64,000 nt of DNA from an uncultured Dehalococcoidia bacterium. Its GTDB lineage: Bacteria; Chloroflexota; Dehalococcoidia; SHYB01. A program made the position numbers and the translations under genes. The stretch lies in assembly GCA_964555685.1 (NCBI GenBank), contig CAZKTO010000003.1:556-64555 (forward strand), written 5' to 3'. This document shows, piece by piece, positions 36,120 through 44,880 of this stretch (position 1 is its first letter; every line of letters starts with the position of its first letter). The notes beneath the pieces were generated by a model. It searched no databases, was not told the DNA's origin, and saw only the letters and a list, made by a program, of their open reading frames with translations.

Positions 36120-36148
36120 ATTGTGATGGGCCCTAGACAAATTGTCAA
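36120..36148 (-). promoter_or_regulatory. candidate promoter P1, TTGACA-N17-CACAAT (minus strand)
   Basis: The reverse complement reads ttgacaatttgtctagggcccatcacaat. Confidence 0.45.
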
Positions 36149-36270
36149 TACCTCTGCGGGCGAATTTCGGGCCAATTTTGAAAACTCGTGGCGCTGGGCT
36201 GGGCGGCCCGCACCGCGCGGGCGGGGCGAGCGCCCGCGGGCGGCGGGCCAGTCCCCTGCGGCCCAGCCCC

Positions 36271-36300
36271 GTGGCACGGCCCGTGGCCCGTGCGTATAAT
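36271..36300 (+). promoter_or_regulatory. candidate promoter GTGGCA-N18-TATAAT for the CoA-transferase pair
   Basis: tataat lies at 36295-36300. It is downstream of the ATG at 36188 in the track, which argues against that long start. Confidence 0.3.
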
Positions 36301-36415
36301 TGGCGCACTTGGCGGCGCTCCTCGTCCGTCGCGCTCCCCGGCCTTCGAACGAGACACGAGGGCAGGCCGGTGCGTTGATGGATGCAGCGGGGCGCCGCCC
36401 GCGGGAGACGAGCCC

Positions 36416-37627
36416 TTGGCCGAGCAAGCCCTGGCCGGCGTCCGAGTCCTGGACCTGACCCAGGCTATCGCCGGCCCCTACTGCGCCAAGCTCCTCGCCG
36501 ACTACGGCGCCGACGTCATCAAGATCGAGCGGCCGGGCCTCGGCGATCGCGCGCGGCGGATGGGGCCCTTCCATCGCGACCGCGTCCACCCGGAGCGTAG
36601 CGGGCTGTTCTGGCACCTCAACAGCAACAAGCGCAGCGTCACCCTCAACCTCAAGAGCGCCACGGGCAGGAGGATCTTCCTCGAGCTCCTGGACGGCGCC
36701 GGCGTCGTGGTCGAGAGCTTCGCGCCGCGGGTCATGCCGTCGCTGGGGCTGGACTACGAAACGCTGAGCGCCCGCCGGTCCTCTCTCGTCATGACCTCGA
36801 TCTCCAACTTCGGACAGACGGGCCCCTACCGGGACTACAAGAGCGCCGAGATCGTCACCTACGCCATGGCCGGCCCCATGCACGGCACCGGCCTCCCGGA
36901 GCGGGAGCCCCTCAAGCTGGGCGAGAATGTGATCCAGTACCAGGTTGGCAGCGCCGCGGCGGCCGCCACCGCCATCGCCCTGTGGGAGGCCGAGGTCTCG
37001 GGCCGGGGCGACCATCTGGACGTGTCGCTCTTCCGCGCCCAGGCCTCCTCCCAGGACCGGCGCACCACCATGCTCATCGGCTTCCAGTACACGGGCGAGA
37101 CGATGGACCGGAAGCCGGCGGGCGTGAGCCCGGGCGTGGGCGTCCGCCCCTGCGCCGATGGCTACGTCAACATCATGGGTGCGACGCTGCGCTTCCCCAC
37201 CCTGCTCAAGATGATGGGGCAGACGGAGCTCTTGGACGACCCGCGGTTCAAGGACGACATGGCCCGCGCCCAGCCCGGCGCCTCCGAGGAGTTCGATACC
37301 TACTATATTCCTTATCTTATGCAGTACACCAAGCGGCAGCTCTTCGCCATGGCCCAGGCCCACCACCTGCCGTCGGGGCCCCTCTACGACTCGTCGGACC
37401 TCCTCTCCGATCCGCACTTCCGCGAGCGGGGGTTCTGGCCATCGGTGGAGCACCCGGGCGCCGGCCCCGTCGAGCAGCCGGGGCGGCCGTTCGTCATGGG
37501 CGAGACGCCGTGGCGGCTCCAGCGCCGGGCCCCCGGCCTGGGCGAGCACACGGAGGACGTCCTCTCGGGCATCCTCGGCTACTCGCGGCGGGACCTAGTC
37601 CGGCTCAGGCAGCTGGGCGTCGTGTAG
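36416..37627 (+). CDS. family III (CaiB/BaiF) CoA-transferase, subunit 1
   Basis: It contains LAGVRVLDLTQAIAGPYCAKLLADYGADVIKIE and NFGQTGPY. I chose the TTG at 36416 (GGGAG lies 8 nt upstream). The ATG at 36188 would add 76 Arg/Gly/Pro-rich residues. The start is uncertain. Confidence 0.8.
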   Translation: MAEQALAGVRVLDLTQAIAGPYCAKLLADYGADVIKIERPGLGDRARRMGPFHRDRVHPERSGLFWHLNSNKRSVTLNLKSATGRRIFLELLDGAGVVVESFAPRVMPSLGLDYETLSARRSSLVMTSISNFGQTGPYRDYKSAEIVTYAMAGPMHGTGLPEREPLKLGENVIQYQVGSAAAAATAIALWEAEVSGRGDHLDVSLFRAQASSQDRRTTMLIGFQYTGETMDRKPAGVSPGVGVRPCADGYVNIMGATLRFPTLLKMMGQTELLDDPRFKDDMARAQPGASEEFDTYYIPYLMQYTKRQLFAMAQAHHLPSGPLYDSSDLLSDPHFRERGFWPSVEHPGAGPVEQPGRPFVMGETPWRLQRRAPGLGEHTEDVLSGILGYSRRDLVRLRQLGVV

Positions 37628-37638
37628 GAGGCGGGACG

Positions 37639-38937
37639 ATGCCGTTGCCGCTTTCGGGCATTCGAGTGCTGGATCTGACAGCCGTGTGGGCCGGCCCGCA
37701 CGCCACCATGATCCTCGCCGACTGGGGCGCTGAGGTCATCCGCGTCGAGTCGACCCAGGTCTTCCAGACGACCACGCGCGGGCACATGGTCAAGGTGCCC
37801 AAGCAGATGCCGAAGATGCGGAAGGGCTGGGGCTCGTGCTACCCGGACTGGGACCCGGGCGAGCGGCCATGGAACCGCTACCCGATCTTTCAGAGCCACG
37901 CCCGCAACAAGCTGAGCATGACCGCCGACCTGCGCCGGCCCGAGGGCCTGGCCGTCTTCCACCGGCTCCTCGCCGTCTCGGACGTCTTCATCGAGAACAA
38001 CGTGCCGGAGACCATCGAGAAGCTGCACCTGACCTACGAGGAGCTGGTCAAGATCAAGCCGGACCTGATCCAGCTCCGCATGCCGGCCTATGGACTTAGC
38101 GGACCGTACAAGAACTACCGGTCGTTCGGCGTGCAGCTGGAGGGGACCGCCGGCCACACGTGGGTGCGGGGCTACACGGACATGGACGCCTCCTCGCGGG
38201 ACGACGCCTACTACGGCGACGCCGCCGCCGGCGTGAACGGCGCCTTCGCGGTGGTCATGGCCCTGCGCCACCGGCTGCGGACCGGCAAGGGCCAGCTCAT
38301 CGAGCTCGCTCAATGCGAGACCTTCGCGCCGTACATGGGCGAGTCCATCATGGACTTCGTCATGAACGGCCGCGTCCACAGCACCCTGGGCAACCGCCAT
38401 CCATCCAATGCGCCCCAGGGGGTCTATCGTTGCAGCGGCCAGGACCGGTGGGTTACCATTGCCGTCAGGACGGACGGCGAGTGGCAGGGGCTCTGCCGGG
38501 CGCTCGGCAATCCGGTTTGGGCATCCGACCCCCGGTTCGCCACGGGCCTCGGGCGGTGGAGTCACCAGGACGCGCTGGACCCGCTCATCGAGGCGTGGAC
38601 GCGCCAGCGCAGCGGCCGGGAGGCGATGGGGCTGCTCCAGGCGCAGGGGGTGCCGGCGGGCCCGGTGATGGACGAGCGCGACCTCTTCGCCGACCCACAG
38701 ATCAACGGCCAGAGCTATTTCAAGCGCCTGACCCACGCCGACGCGGGCACGCACCTCTACCCCGGCCTCATGTGGTCTGCCCGGAACACGCCCAACGAGG
38801 TCCGGACGCCCCCGTGCCGCCTCGGCGAGCATAACCCATACGTCTACCGCGAGCTCCTGGCCATCCCACCCGGCGAGTACGCGAGGATGGAGGAGACGGG
38901 GCATATCGGCGAGGTGTACGCGAGCCACCTGCCCTAG
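37639..38937 (+). CDS. family III CoA-transferase-like, subunit 2
   Basis: The ATG at 37639 follows an AGGAGG. It contains LSGIRVLDLTAVWAGPHATMILADWGAEVIRVES. A long insert follows the Rossmann strand. Confidence 0.8.
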   Translation: MPLPLSGIRVLDLTAVWAGPHATMILADWGAEVIRVESTQVFQTTTRGHMVKVPKQMPKMRKGWGSCYPDWDPGERPWNRYPIFQSHARNKLSMTADLRRPEGLAVFHRLLAVSDVFIENNVPETIEKLHLTYEELVKIKPDLIQLRMPAYGLSGPYKNYRSFGVQLEGTAGHTWVRGYTDMDASSRDDAYYGDAAAGVNGAFAVVMALRHRLRTGKGQLIELAQCETFAPYMGESIMDFVMNGRVHSTLGNRHPSNAPQGVYRCSGQDRWVTIAVRTDGEWQGLCRALGNPVWASDPRFATGLGRWSHQDALDPLIEAWTRQRSGREAMGLLQAQGVPAGPVMDERDLFADPQINGQSYFKRLTHADAGTHLYPGLMWSARNTPNEVRTPPCRLGEHNPYVYRELLAIPPGEYARMEETGHIGEVYASHLP

Positions 38938-38954
38938 CGGCGCGGAGGGACGCT

Positions 38955-38970
38955 CCCCGACAAGTCGGGG
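38955..38970. repeat. REP-like hairpin, family A
   Basis: The sequence is ccccgacaagtcgggg. Confidence 0.6.
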
Positions 38971-38984
38971 ACGAGGAGGAGGCC

Positions 38985-39380
38985 ATGGCCAAACGGTACG
39001 AACAGGAGATCGAAGAGATCGTCCGCAAGGCCGGGAACCTGCGGCCCCGGACGACCCTGCGCCAGCGGCTCGCTAAGGCCCTGGGGCGGGTGGGCCTGCG
39101 CCCGTCCGCACGGGCCGGCGGGGCCCTCGCGCGGGTAACGCCGCCCATGGTCGGAGGGTCGGGCGCACTGGTGCTGCTGGTGGCCCTGATCCTTCGGTCG
39201 GCGCCCATCGCCTTCGCCGGCCTCGGGTTGCTGCTGGCCGCCTACCTGCTCGCCATCAGCCGCGGCCGGGGAACCTTCCACGAGATGACGGGCTACGACA
39301 AAGCCTGGCGGGGCCGGCCGATCGGCGGGCCGCCGGCTGGCGGCGGCCGCGCCAAGCGCTGGTTCGGCCGGAGGCGCTAG
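38985..39380 (+). CDS. hypothetical membrane protein (131 aa)
   Basis: It has a GAGGAGGAGG Shine-Dalgarno, a charged N-terminus, two hydrophobic helices and a basic tail. Confidence 0.55.
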   Translation: MAKRYEQEIEEIVRKAGNLRPRTTLRQRLAKALGRVGLRPSARAGGALARVTPPMVGGSGALVLLVALILRSAPIAFAGLGLLLAAYLLAISRGRGTFHEMTGYDKAWRGRPIGGPPAGGGRAKRWFGRRR

Positions 39381-39394
39381 CAGTCAGCCGGGGG

Positions 39395-39685
39395 CTACTC
39401 CACTACCTGCTCGATGCGCTGGATCGCCGCGTCCAGCGTGGCGCGCTGAGCGTCCGAGCGAGCGGTGGCGTAGGCCTTGCGCAGCCGCGACACGACGCCG
39501 AGGCAGAAGGCCCTCCACTCCTCGTACGTCCGGCCCACCGGCACCGCGACGCCTGATCGCTCGATCTTCTTCTGCGACTCCTGGGCATGCTTCCGGCGCG
39601 GGTCGGCCAGTTCCAGCATGTCGGCCAGGTGCACCAGCCCCTCGACGAAGTGCTCTCCGTCCTCGAACGTCTCGCCACGCGCCAT
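39395..39685 (-). CDS. hypothetical protein (96 aa)
   Basis: The ORF has plausible composition. I recognise no family. Confidence 0.45.
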   Translation of the reverse strand: MARGETFEDGEHFVEGLVHLADMLELADPRRKHAQESQKKIERSGVAVPVGRTYEEWRAFCLGVVSRLRKAYATARSDAQRATLDAAIQRIEQVVE

Positions 39686-39913
39686 CGGGTAGGCTCCTTC
39701 GGGTCACCCCCAGTCTACCAGGCCAGGGCAACGGACGACCCCGGCCTCAGGCCCGCGCGGCGCGGAGCATCCCGAAGGGCCGGCGGACGGGCAGCGCCAG
39801 CAAGCGCCCCCGCGCCACGTCGATGGCCAGCGGGCTGTTCCCGCCGCCTTTTTGTTGCCTCCGCTCTCACCCCTCGGCTATCATGGCTGCACCCAACCGC
39901 CAGGAGCGTGTCC

Positions 39914-41356
39914 ATGGGCTTGCGCTCGCCGAAGCAGTACGTGGAGAGCCTGCGCGACGGCCGCGCCGTCTACTACCGCGGCCAGCGGGTCCCGGACGTG
40001 ACCGCCCACCCCTTCTTCCGCGTCGCCGTCGACCACGCGGCCATCGACTACGAGCTGGCCGAGGACCCCAAGCACCGCGCCCTCGCCGTCGTCGCGGACC
40101 CGGAGACGGGCGAGCCCATCAGCCGCCTCTATCTCCCCCCGCGCAGCGCCGGCGACCTGCTCCAGCGGGCCGAGCTCATCGCCCTCGCCACCCGCACGGG
40201 CAGGACGATGGTCACCCTCATCAAGGAGATCGGGACGGACGCCCTCTTCGCGCTCCACATCGTCGCCCAGCGCATGGACGACACGCTCAAGACGTCCTAC
40301 CTGGACCGCGTGCGCGCGTTCTACCGCCACTGCGCCTCGAACGACCTGGCCGTCGCCGTGGCCCAGACGGACGCCAAGGGCGACCGGTCGCTGCGCCCCT
40401 CGGAGCAGGAGCACCCGGACTACTACCTGCGCGTCGTCGCTCGCAGGAAGGACGGCATCGTCGTCCGGGGCGCCAAGGTGCACACCTCCGTCTCGGTGAA
40501 CTCCAACGAGCTCATCGTGCTCCCGACGCGCAACTTCGACGAGGCGGAACGGGACTACGCCGTCGCCTTCGCCGTACCGATGAACGCGCCCGGGCTGAAG
40601 CTGGTCACCAGCGCCTACACGCAGGAGCGCGAGTCGGAGTTCCAGTACCCCCTCAGCGCCAGGCACCGGATGCTGGAGACGGTGACGATCTTCGACGACG
40701 TCTTCGTCCCCTGGGAGCGCGTCTTCCTCGATGGCGAGCACCAGTTCGCCGGCGCCCTAGCCCTGGGCTTCGTGGACTTCCACCGGTTCACGGCGGTCTC
40801 CTACAAGCAGCCGCTCCTCGATCTGTTGGTCGGCTCGGCGCTGCTCATGGCCGACTACAATGGCGTCTCGCGGGCGGGGCATGTGCGCGACAAGATCACG
40901 TCCATGATCGCCTACGTGGAGACGGTGAAGGGGCTGCTGCGGGCGGCGGCCCTGCACTGCAAGAGCGAGCCGCCGGGACTCGCCGTACCCAACCGGATGT
41001 ACACCAACGTGGCCAAGCTCCAGTTCGCCGCGGGGTACCACACAGCCCTGGCCCACGTGCAGGACATCACGGGCGGGCTGCTGGTGACGGCGCCCTCGGA
41101 GGAGGACCTGGCGAACCCGGAGACGCGGGACCGCCTGCTGCGCTACCTGGGCGGGCGCAAGGGCGTCTCGGCCACGGACCGGATACGGGCGGTCAATATG
41201 ATCGCGGACCTGACGACGGGCGAGTTCGGCGGCTACCACGCGGTGCTGGCGATCCACGCCGAGGGCTCCATCGAGGCGGAGAAGCTGGCCATCGCCCGCG
41301 AGTACGATACGAAGGCGGCCATCGCCTACGCGAAAGAGATGGCCGGAATCAAATAG
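39914..41356 (+). CDS. HpaB / 4-hydroxybutyryl-CoA dehydratase (AbfD) superfamily protein
   Basis: The start is the internal ATG at 39914 (MGLRSPKQYVESLRDGRAVYYRGQRV). The product is 480 aa, and its C-terminal GGYHAVLAIHAEGSIEAEK is typical of the family. Confidence 0.75.
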   Translation: MGLRSPKQYVESLRDGRAVYYRGQRVPDVTAHPFFRVAVDHAAIDYELAEDPKHRALAVVADPETGEPISRLYLPPRSAGDLLQRAELIALATRTGRTMVTLIKEIGTDALFALHIVAQRMDDTLKTSYLDRVRAFYRHCASNDLAVAVAQTDAKGDRSLRPSEQEHPDYYLRVVARRKDGIVVRGAKVHTSVSVNSNELIVLPTRNFDEAERDYAVAFAVPMNAPGLKLVTSAYTQERESEFQYPLSARHRMLETVTIFDDVFVPWERVFLDGEHQFAGALALGFVDFHRFTAVSYKQPLLDLLVGSALLMADYNGVSRAGHVRDKITSMIAYVETVKGLLRAAALHCKSEPPGLAVPNRMYTNVAKLQFAAGYHTALAHVQDITGGLLVTAPSEEDLANPETRDRLLRYLGGRKGVSATDRIRAVNMIADLTTGEFGGYHAVLAIHAEGSIEAEKLAIAREYDTKAAIAYAKEMAGIK

Positions 41357-41370
41357 CGGGAGGGCCGCCG

Positions 41371-41559
41371 ATGCGGAAGGACCTGATGGAGATCCTGGCC
41401 TGCCCCATGTGCAAGGGCGAACTGACGCTGGCCATCGAGCGGGAGGCCGGGGGCGAGATCGTCGCGGGGAGCCTGCGCTGCGCCCGCTGCAACGAGGTCT
41501 ACCCCATCGAGGACGGGATCCCAAACCTGCTGCCGCCGGAGTTGCGGAAGGCGGATTAG
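41371..41559 (+). CDS. Trm112-like zinc-ribbon protein
   Basis: It contains LACPMCKGEL...LRCARCNEVYPIEDGIPNLL. Confidence 0.75.
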   Translation: MRKDLMEILACPMCKGELTLAIEREAGGEIVAGSLRCARCNEVYPIEDGIPNLLPPELRKAD

Positions 41560-41566
41560 GGAGCGT

Positions 41567-42487
41567 CTACCGCCCCCTGCTCACCAGCGGCCGGACCTCC
41601 TTGGCGATGATCTCCGGGAAGTCCCGCGTCCGGTCCGGCGGGCCCGCGGGGGCGAAGATGAAGTGCGTCACGCCAGCCTCCCGGAACTGCTGGATGCGCT
41701 CGGCGCACTGCTGCGGCGTCCCCACGATGGGGTAGCGGTGGACGATCTTGCTGAAGTCCTGGGCATAGTTGGTCCCCAGCGCCTTGGCCGCCATCTCCGC
41801 CGCCGCCTCGTAGGCCGGGGCGATGGACGTGAAGACGTAGAGCGTCCGCTCGATCTTGGCCGGGTCGCGGCCCGCGGCCACGGCCATCTCCTCGATCCTC
41901 TGCCAGTCTTCCCGGTACATCTCCGGCGTGTACATATAGGGCATCCAGCCATCGGCGTAGAGGGCCGTGCGCTTCAGCGACCCGCGACGCCCGCCCACGA
42001 GCATCGGCGGGTGCGGCTTCTGGACCGGGTGCGGCTCCAGCGTCACGTCCTCGAGTTGCCAAAACCGGCCTTTGAACGTGACGTTCGTCTCCGTCCAGAG
42101 GCGCCGGATGAGCTGCATCGCCTCGCTGGCGCGGGCGCCGCGCTCCTCCCGACGCACACCCATGGCCTGGAACTCCTGGGGGAACTCGCCGCCGACGCCC
42201 ACGCCCAGGGACGCCCGGCCATTGGAGAGGTGATCGAGGGTCGTCACGGCCTTGCTCACCAGCACCGGATGCTTGAGAGGCAGGAGCAGGATGGAGGTGC
42301 CCAGGCGCACCCGCTTCGTCGTCGAGGCGGCGGCGGCCAGGACCATCAGGCCATCGAGCATCGGGTGCCGCCAGACGACGTGCTCGCCGGTCCAGAGCGA
42401 GTCGAAGCCCAGGGCCTCCAGACGGCGGGCGTCCTCACCCACCGAGGCCCCTCGGCCTATGGTCATGCCGAACTTCAGGTCAGACAC
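41567..42487 (-). CDS. LLM-class (luciferase-like) flavin/F420-dependent oxidoreductase
   Basis: It contains LKFGMTIG...GFDSLWTGEH...RVRLGTSILLLPLKHP. I preferred the GTG at 42487 (GAGGAG lies 6 nt upstream) over the ATG at 42508. Confidence 0.8.
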   Translation of the reverse strand: MSDLKFGMTIGRGASVGEDARRLEALGFDSLWTGEHVVWRHPMLDGLMVLAAAASTTKRVRLGTSILLLPLKHPVLVSKAVTTLDHLSNGRASLGVGVGGEFPQEFQAMGVRREERGARASEAMQLIRRLWTETNVTFKGRFWQLEDVTLEPHPVQKPHPPMLVGGRRGSLKRTALYADGWMPYMYTPEMYREDWQRIEEMAVAAGRDPAKIERTLYVFTSIAPAYEAAAEMAAKALGTNYAQDFSKIVHRYPIVGTPQQCAERIQQFREAGVTHFIFAPAGPPDRTRDFPEIIAKEVRPLVSRGR

Positions 42488-42516
42488 GGGTGTCTCCTCA
42501 GCCCTCATCCCCTTCG

Positions 42517-42540
42517 CCCCCTCTCCGGCCCGGAGAGGGG
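42517..42540. repeat. REP-like hairpin, family B
   Basis: The sequence is ccccctctccggcccggagagggg. Confidence 0.65.
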
Positions 42541-42550
42541 TGGGAGAGGG

Positions 42551-43315
42551 TCACTGCGCCGTATAGCCGCCGTCCACCGTCAGCACCACGCCGGTGACGA
42601 AGCCTGCCTCGTCGGAGGCCAGGTAGAGCACCGCCTGGGCGATATCCTCCGGCGTCGCCACACGCCCCAGGGGGATTCGCTGGCTCAACAGGGCGAAGAG
42701 CGAGTCCGGGTCATCGGCGCGCATGGCCTCTGTCATGGCCGTGCGCGTGAACCCCGGCGCGACGGCGTTGACGCGGATCTTGTCGGCGGCGTAGTCGATC
42801 GCTAGCTGGCGCGTGAGCATGATGACCGCACCCTTGGAGGCGGCGTAGACGCTTTGGCGGGGCTGACCAAAGAGGCCGGAGATGGAGGCGGTGTTCACGA
42901 TGGAGCCGCCGCCGGTCCGCAGCATCTCGCGGATGACGTGCTTGGCCACAAAGAAGACGCCGCGGACGTTCACGTCCATCACGCGGTCGTACTCGGGCAT
43001 GGTCAGCTCATGGAGCTTGAGGACGGACTCGAGGCCCAGGACGCCGGCGTTGTTGAAGAGGATATCTATCCGGCCGAAGCGCACCATGACGGTCCCTACG
43101 GCCGCCTCGATGGAGGGCTCGCGGGTCACGTCCATGGGGACGAAGAGGGCCTGGCCGCCCGCGTCCTCGATGGTGCGCGCGGCCTGAACGCCCCGCGCCT
43201 CGTCCCGGTCGGCCAGAGCGACGCGGGCGCCCTCCTTCGCGAAGAGCAGCGCGGCGGCCCGGCCGATGCCCGAGGCGGCGCCGGTGATGAGGGCGGCCTT
43301 GTTCTGGAGACGCAT
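42551..43315 (-). CDS. short-chain dehydrogenase/reductase
   Basis: The start is the internal ATG at 43315 (MRLQNKAALITGAASGIG). It contains YAASKGA. Confidence 0.88.
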   Translation of the reverse strand: MRLQNKAALITGAASGIGRAAALLFAKEGARVALADRDEARGVQAARTIEDAGGQALFVPMDVTREPSIEAAVGTVMVRFGRIDILFNNAGVLGLESVLKLHELTMPEYDRVMDVNVRGVFFVAKHVIREMLRTGGGSIVNTASISGLFGQPRQSVYAASKGAVIMLTRQLAIDYAADKIRVNAVAPGFTRTAMTEAMRADDPDSLFALLSQRIPLGRVATPEDIAQAVLYLASDEAGFVTGVVLTVDGGYTAQ

Positions 43316-43503
43316 GCTGACCTCCCATCGGGGTACGGGCCGGACACCCCGGCCTGTCGGAGCACCGGTCGCCCGCGCTGCCCCACGAACCTGTAGGCAA
43401 CGGAAGCGGCGCCATGATACCATAGGTGGCCGTCGCGGCCCAGGACGCCGGGTCCAGCGCCGCGCCGGCGCCAGCCCAGCCGTTGTCAGGACCAATCGCC
43501 ACC

Positions 43504-44346
43504 ATGAAGATCGGAGCCCACGTCTCGTCCGCGGGCAGCATCGACCGGGCCGTCGACCGGGCCGCCGAGATCGGCGCCGAGGCCGTGCAGATGTTCCTTT
43601 CGGGGCCGACGAGCTGGCGCGTCAAGGACCACCCCCAGAAGGACCGCGAGGCCTACAAGCGCAAGGCCCGCGAGACGGGGATCGGCCCCACCTTCTTCCA
43701 CGGCATCTACCTCATCAACCTGGGCTCGCCGAACCCGGAGCTGATCGAGAAGGGTGTTGGCTCGCTCGTCGCCTACCAGAGCGCGGCGGCCACCATCGAC
43801 TGCGCCGGCACGATCTTTCACATCGGCAGCCACAAGGGCCAGGGCTTCGAGACGGTGCTGCCACAGGTGGTCCGGGCGCTCCACCGGGTCCTCGAGGGCA
43901 CGCCCCCGGGCCCCTGGCTCATCATCGAGAACAGCGCCGGCATGGGGCAGTCCATCGGCGCGAGCTTCGCCGAGATCGGGCAGGTCATCAAGGCCGTGGG
44001 CAGCGACCGAGTGAAGGTCTGCCTGGACACGCAGCATAGCTTCGCCAACGGCTACAACGTCGCCACGAAGGGTGGGCTGGAGGCGGCTATGGCCGAGTTC
44101 GAGCGGGAGATCGGCCTGGGCCGTCTCGTGGCCGTCCACGCCAACGACTCCAAGTGCCCCCTCATGGGCGGCCTTGACCGTCATGAGAACATAGGCGAAG
44201 GGCACATCGGACGCGAGGGGTTCGAGGTGATCATGGCGCATCCGGCCTTCCTGGATGTGCCATTCATCCTGGAGGTGCCAGGGTTCGAGAACGAAGGGGC
44301 CGACAAGAAGAACGTCGACATCTTGAAGGCGATGCGCGGGGGATAG
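43504..44346 (+). CDS. nfo: deoxyribonuclease IV (endonuclease IV)
   Basis: The start is the internal ATG at 43504 (MKIGAHVS...). It contains HGIYLINLGS and CLDTQH. Confidence 0.88.
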   Translation: MKIGAHVSSAGSIDRAVDRAAEIGAEAVQMFLSGPTSWRVKDHPQKDREAYKRKARETGIGPTFFHGIYLINLGSPNPELIEKGVGSLVAYQSAAATIDCAGTIFHIGSHKGQGFETVLPQVVRALHRVLEGTPPGPWLIIENSAGMGQSIGASFAEIGQVIKAVGSDRVKVCLDTQHSFANGYNVATKGGLEAAMAEFEREIGLGRLVAVHANDSKCPLMGGLDRHENIGEGHIGREGFEVIMAHPAFLDVPFILEVPGFENEGADKKNVDILKAMRGG

Positions 44347-44349
44347 CGG

Positions 44350-44541
44350 GTGGGGATGCAACGGAAGCGAGGCGCCGATAGCCCGTTCACGCGCCGGCAG
44401 CAGATCATCAACCTCGTCGTCTCGCTGGTCGTCGCGTTCGCCGTCATGGCGGTCACCGGGAATGTGGTTTGGGGGTTCGTCACGTTCATGCTCGCGGGCG
44501 TGGCCGTGAACGTGGTGATGATGGCCCGCCAGAGAAAGTAG
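44350..44541 (+). CDS. small membrane protein (hypothetical)
   Basis: This 61-63 aa ORF has two hydrophobic helices and is packed tightly between nfo and the GYD gene. Confidence 0.45.
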   Translation: MGMQRKRGADSPFTRRQQIINLVVSLVVAFAVMAVTGNVVWGFVTFMLAGVAVNVVMMARQRK

Positions 44542-44551
44542 GAGCCGGGGG

Positions 44552-44839
44552 ATGCCCCTCTTCGTCGCGCTGGGCAAGCTCACCGAGGGAGGCGCCACCT
44601 ATCTGCGGGACCTGGCGCTGCGGCACCGGCACGCCGTGGCCAACGTCGAGCGCGGCGGCGGCAAGGTCGTCGCGTCCTACGCCCTCCTGGGCCCCTACGA
44701 CTTCCTGGTGATCCTCGATTGCCCCGACGAGAGGGTGGCGATGAAGATCCTGGCCAAGGAGTCCTCGCACGGGAACGTGCGCTACGAGACGATGACGGCG
44801 CTCCCCATTGAGGAGTTCGCCAAGCTAGTGCAGGAGTAG
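44552..44839 (+). CDS. GYD-domain protein
   Basis: It contains LLGPYDFLVILDCPDE and is 95 aa long. Confidence 0.7.
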   Translation: MPLFVALGKLTEGGATYLRDLALRHRHAVANVERGGGKVVASYALLGPYDFLVILDCPDERVAMKILAKESSHGNVRYETMTALPIEEFAKLVQE

Positions 44840-44880
44840 AACGCGGCCGCGCATCCGGGCCGCATGCCTGAGGAGCGGAG

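Noticed and set aside
36271-36290. TGGCAC box as a sigma-54 promoter upstream of the CoA-transferase pair.
   Set aside because: The required TTGC(A/T) element 5 nt downstream is absent (the sequence reads ggccc-gtggc).
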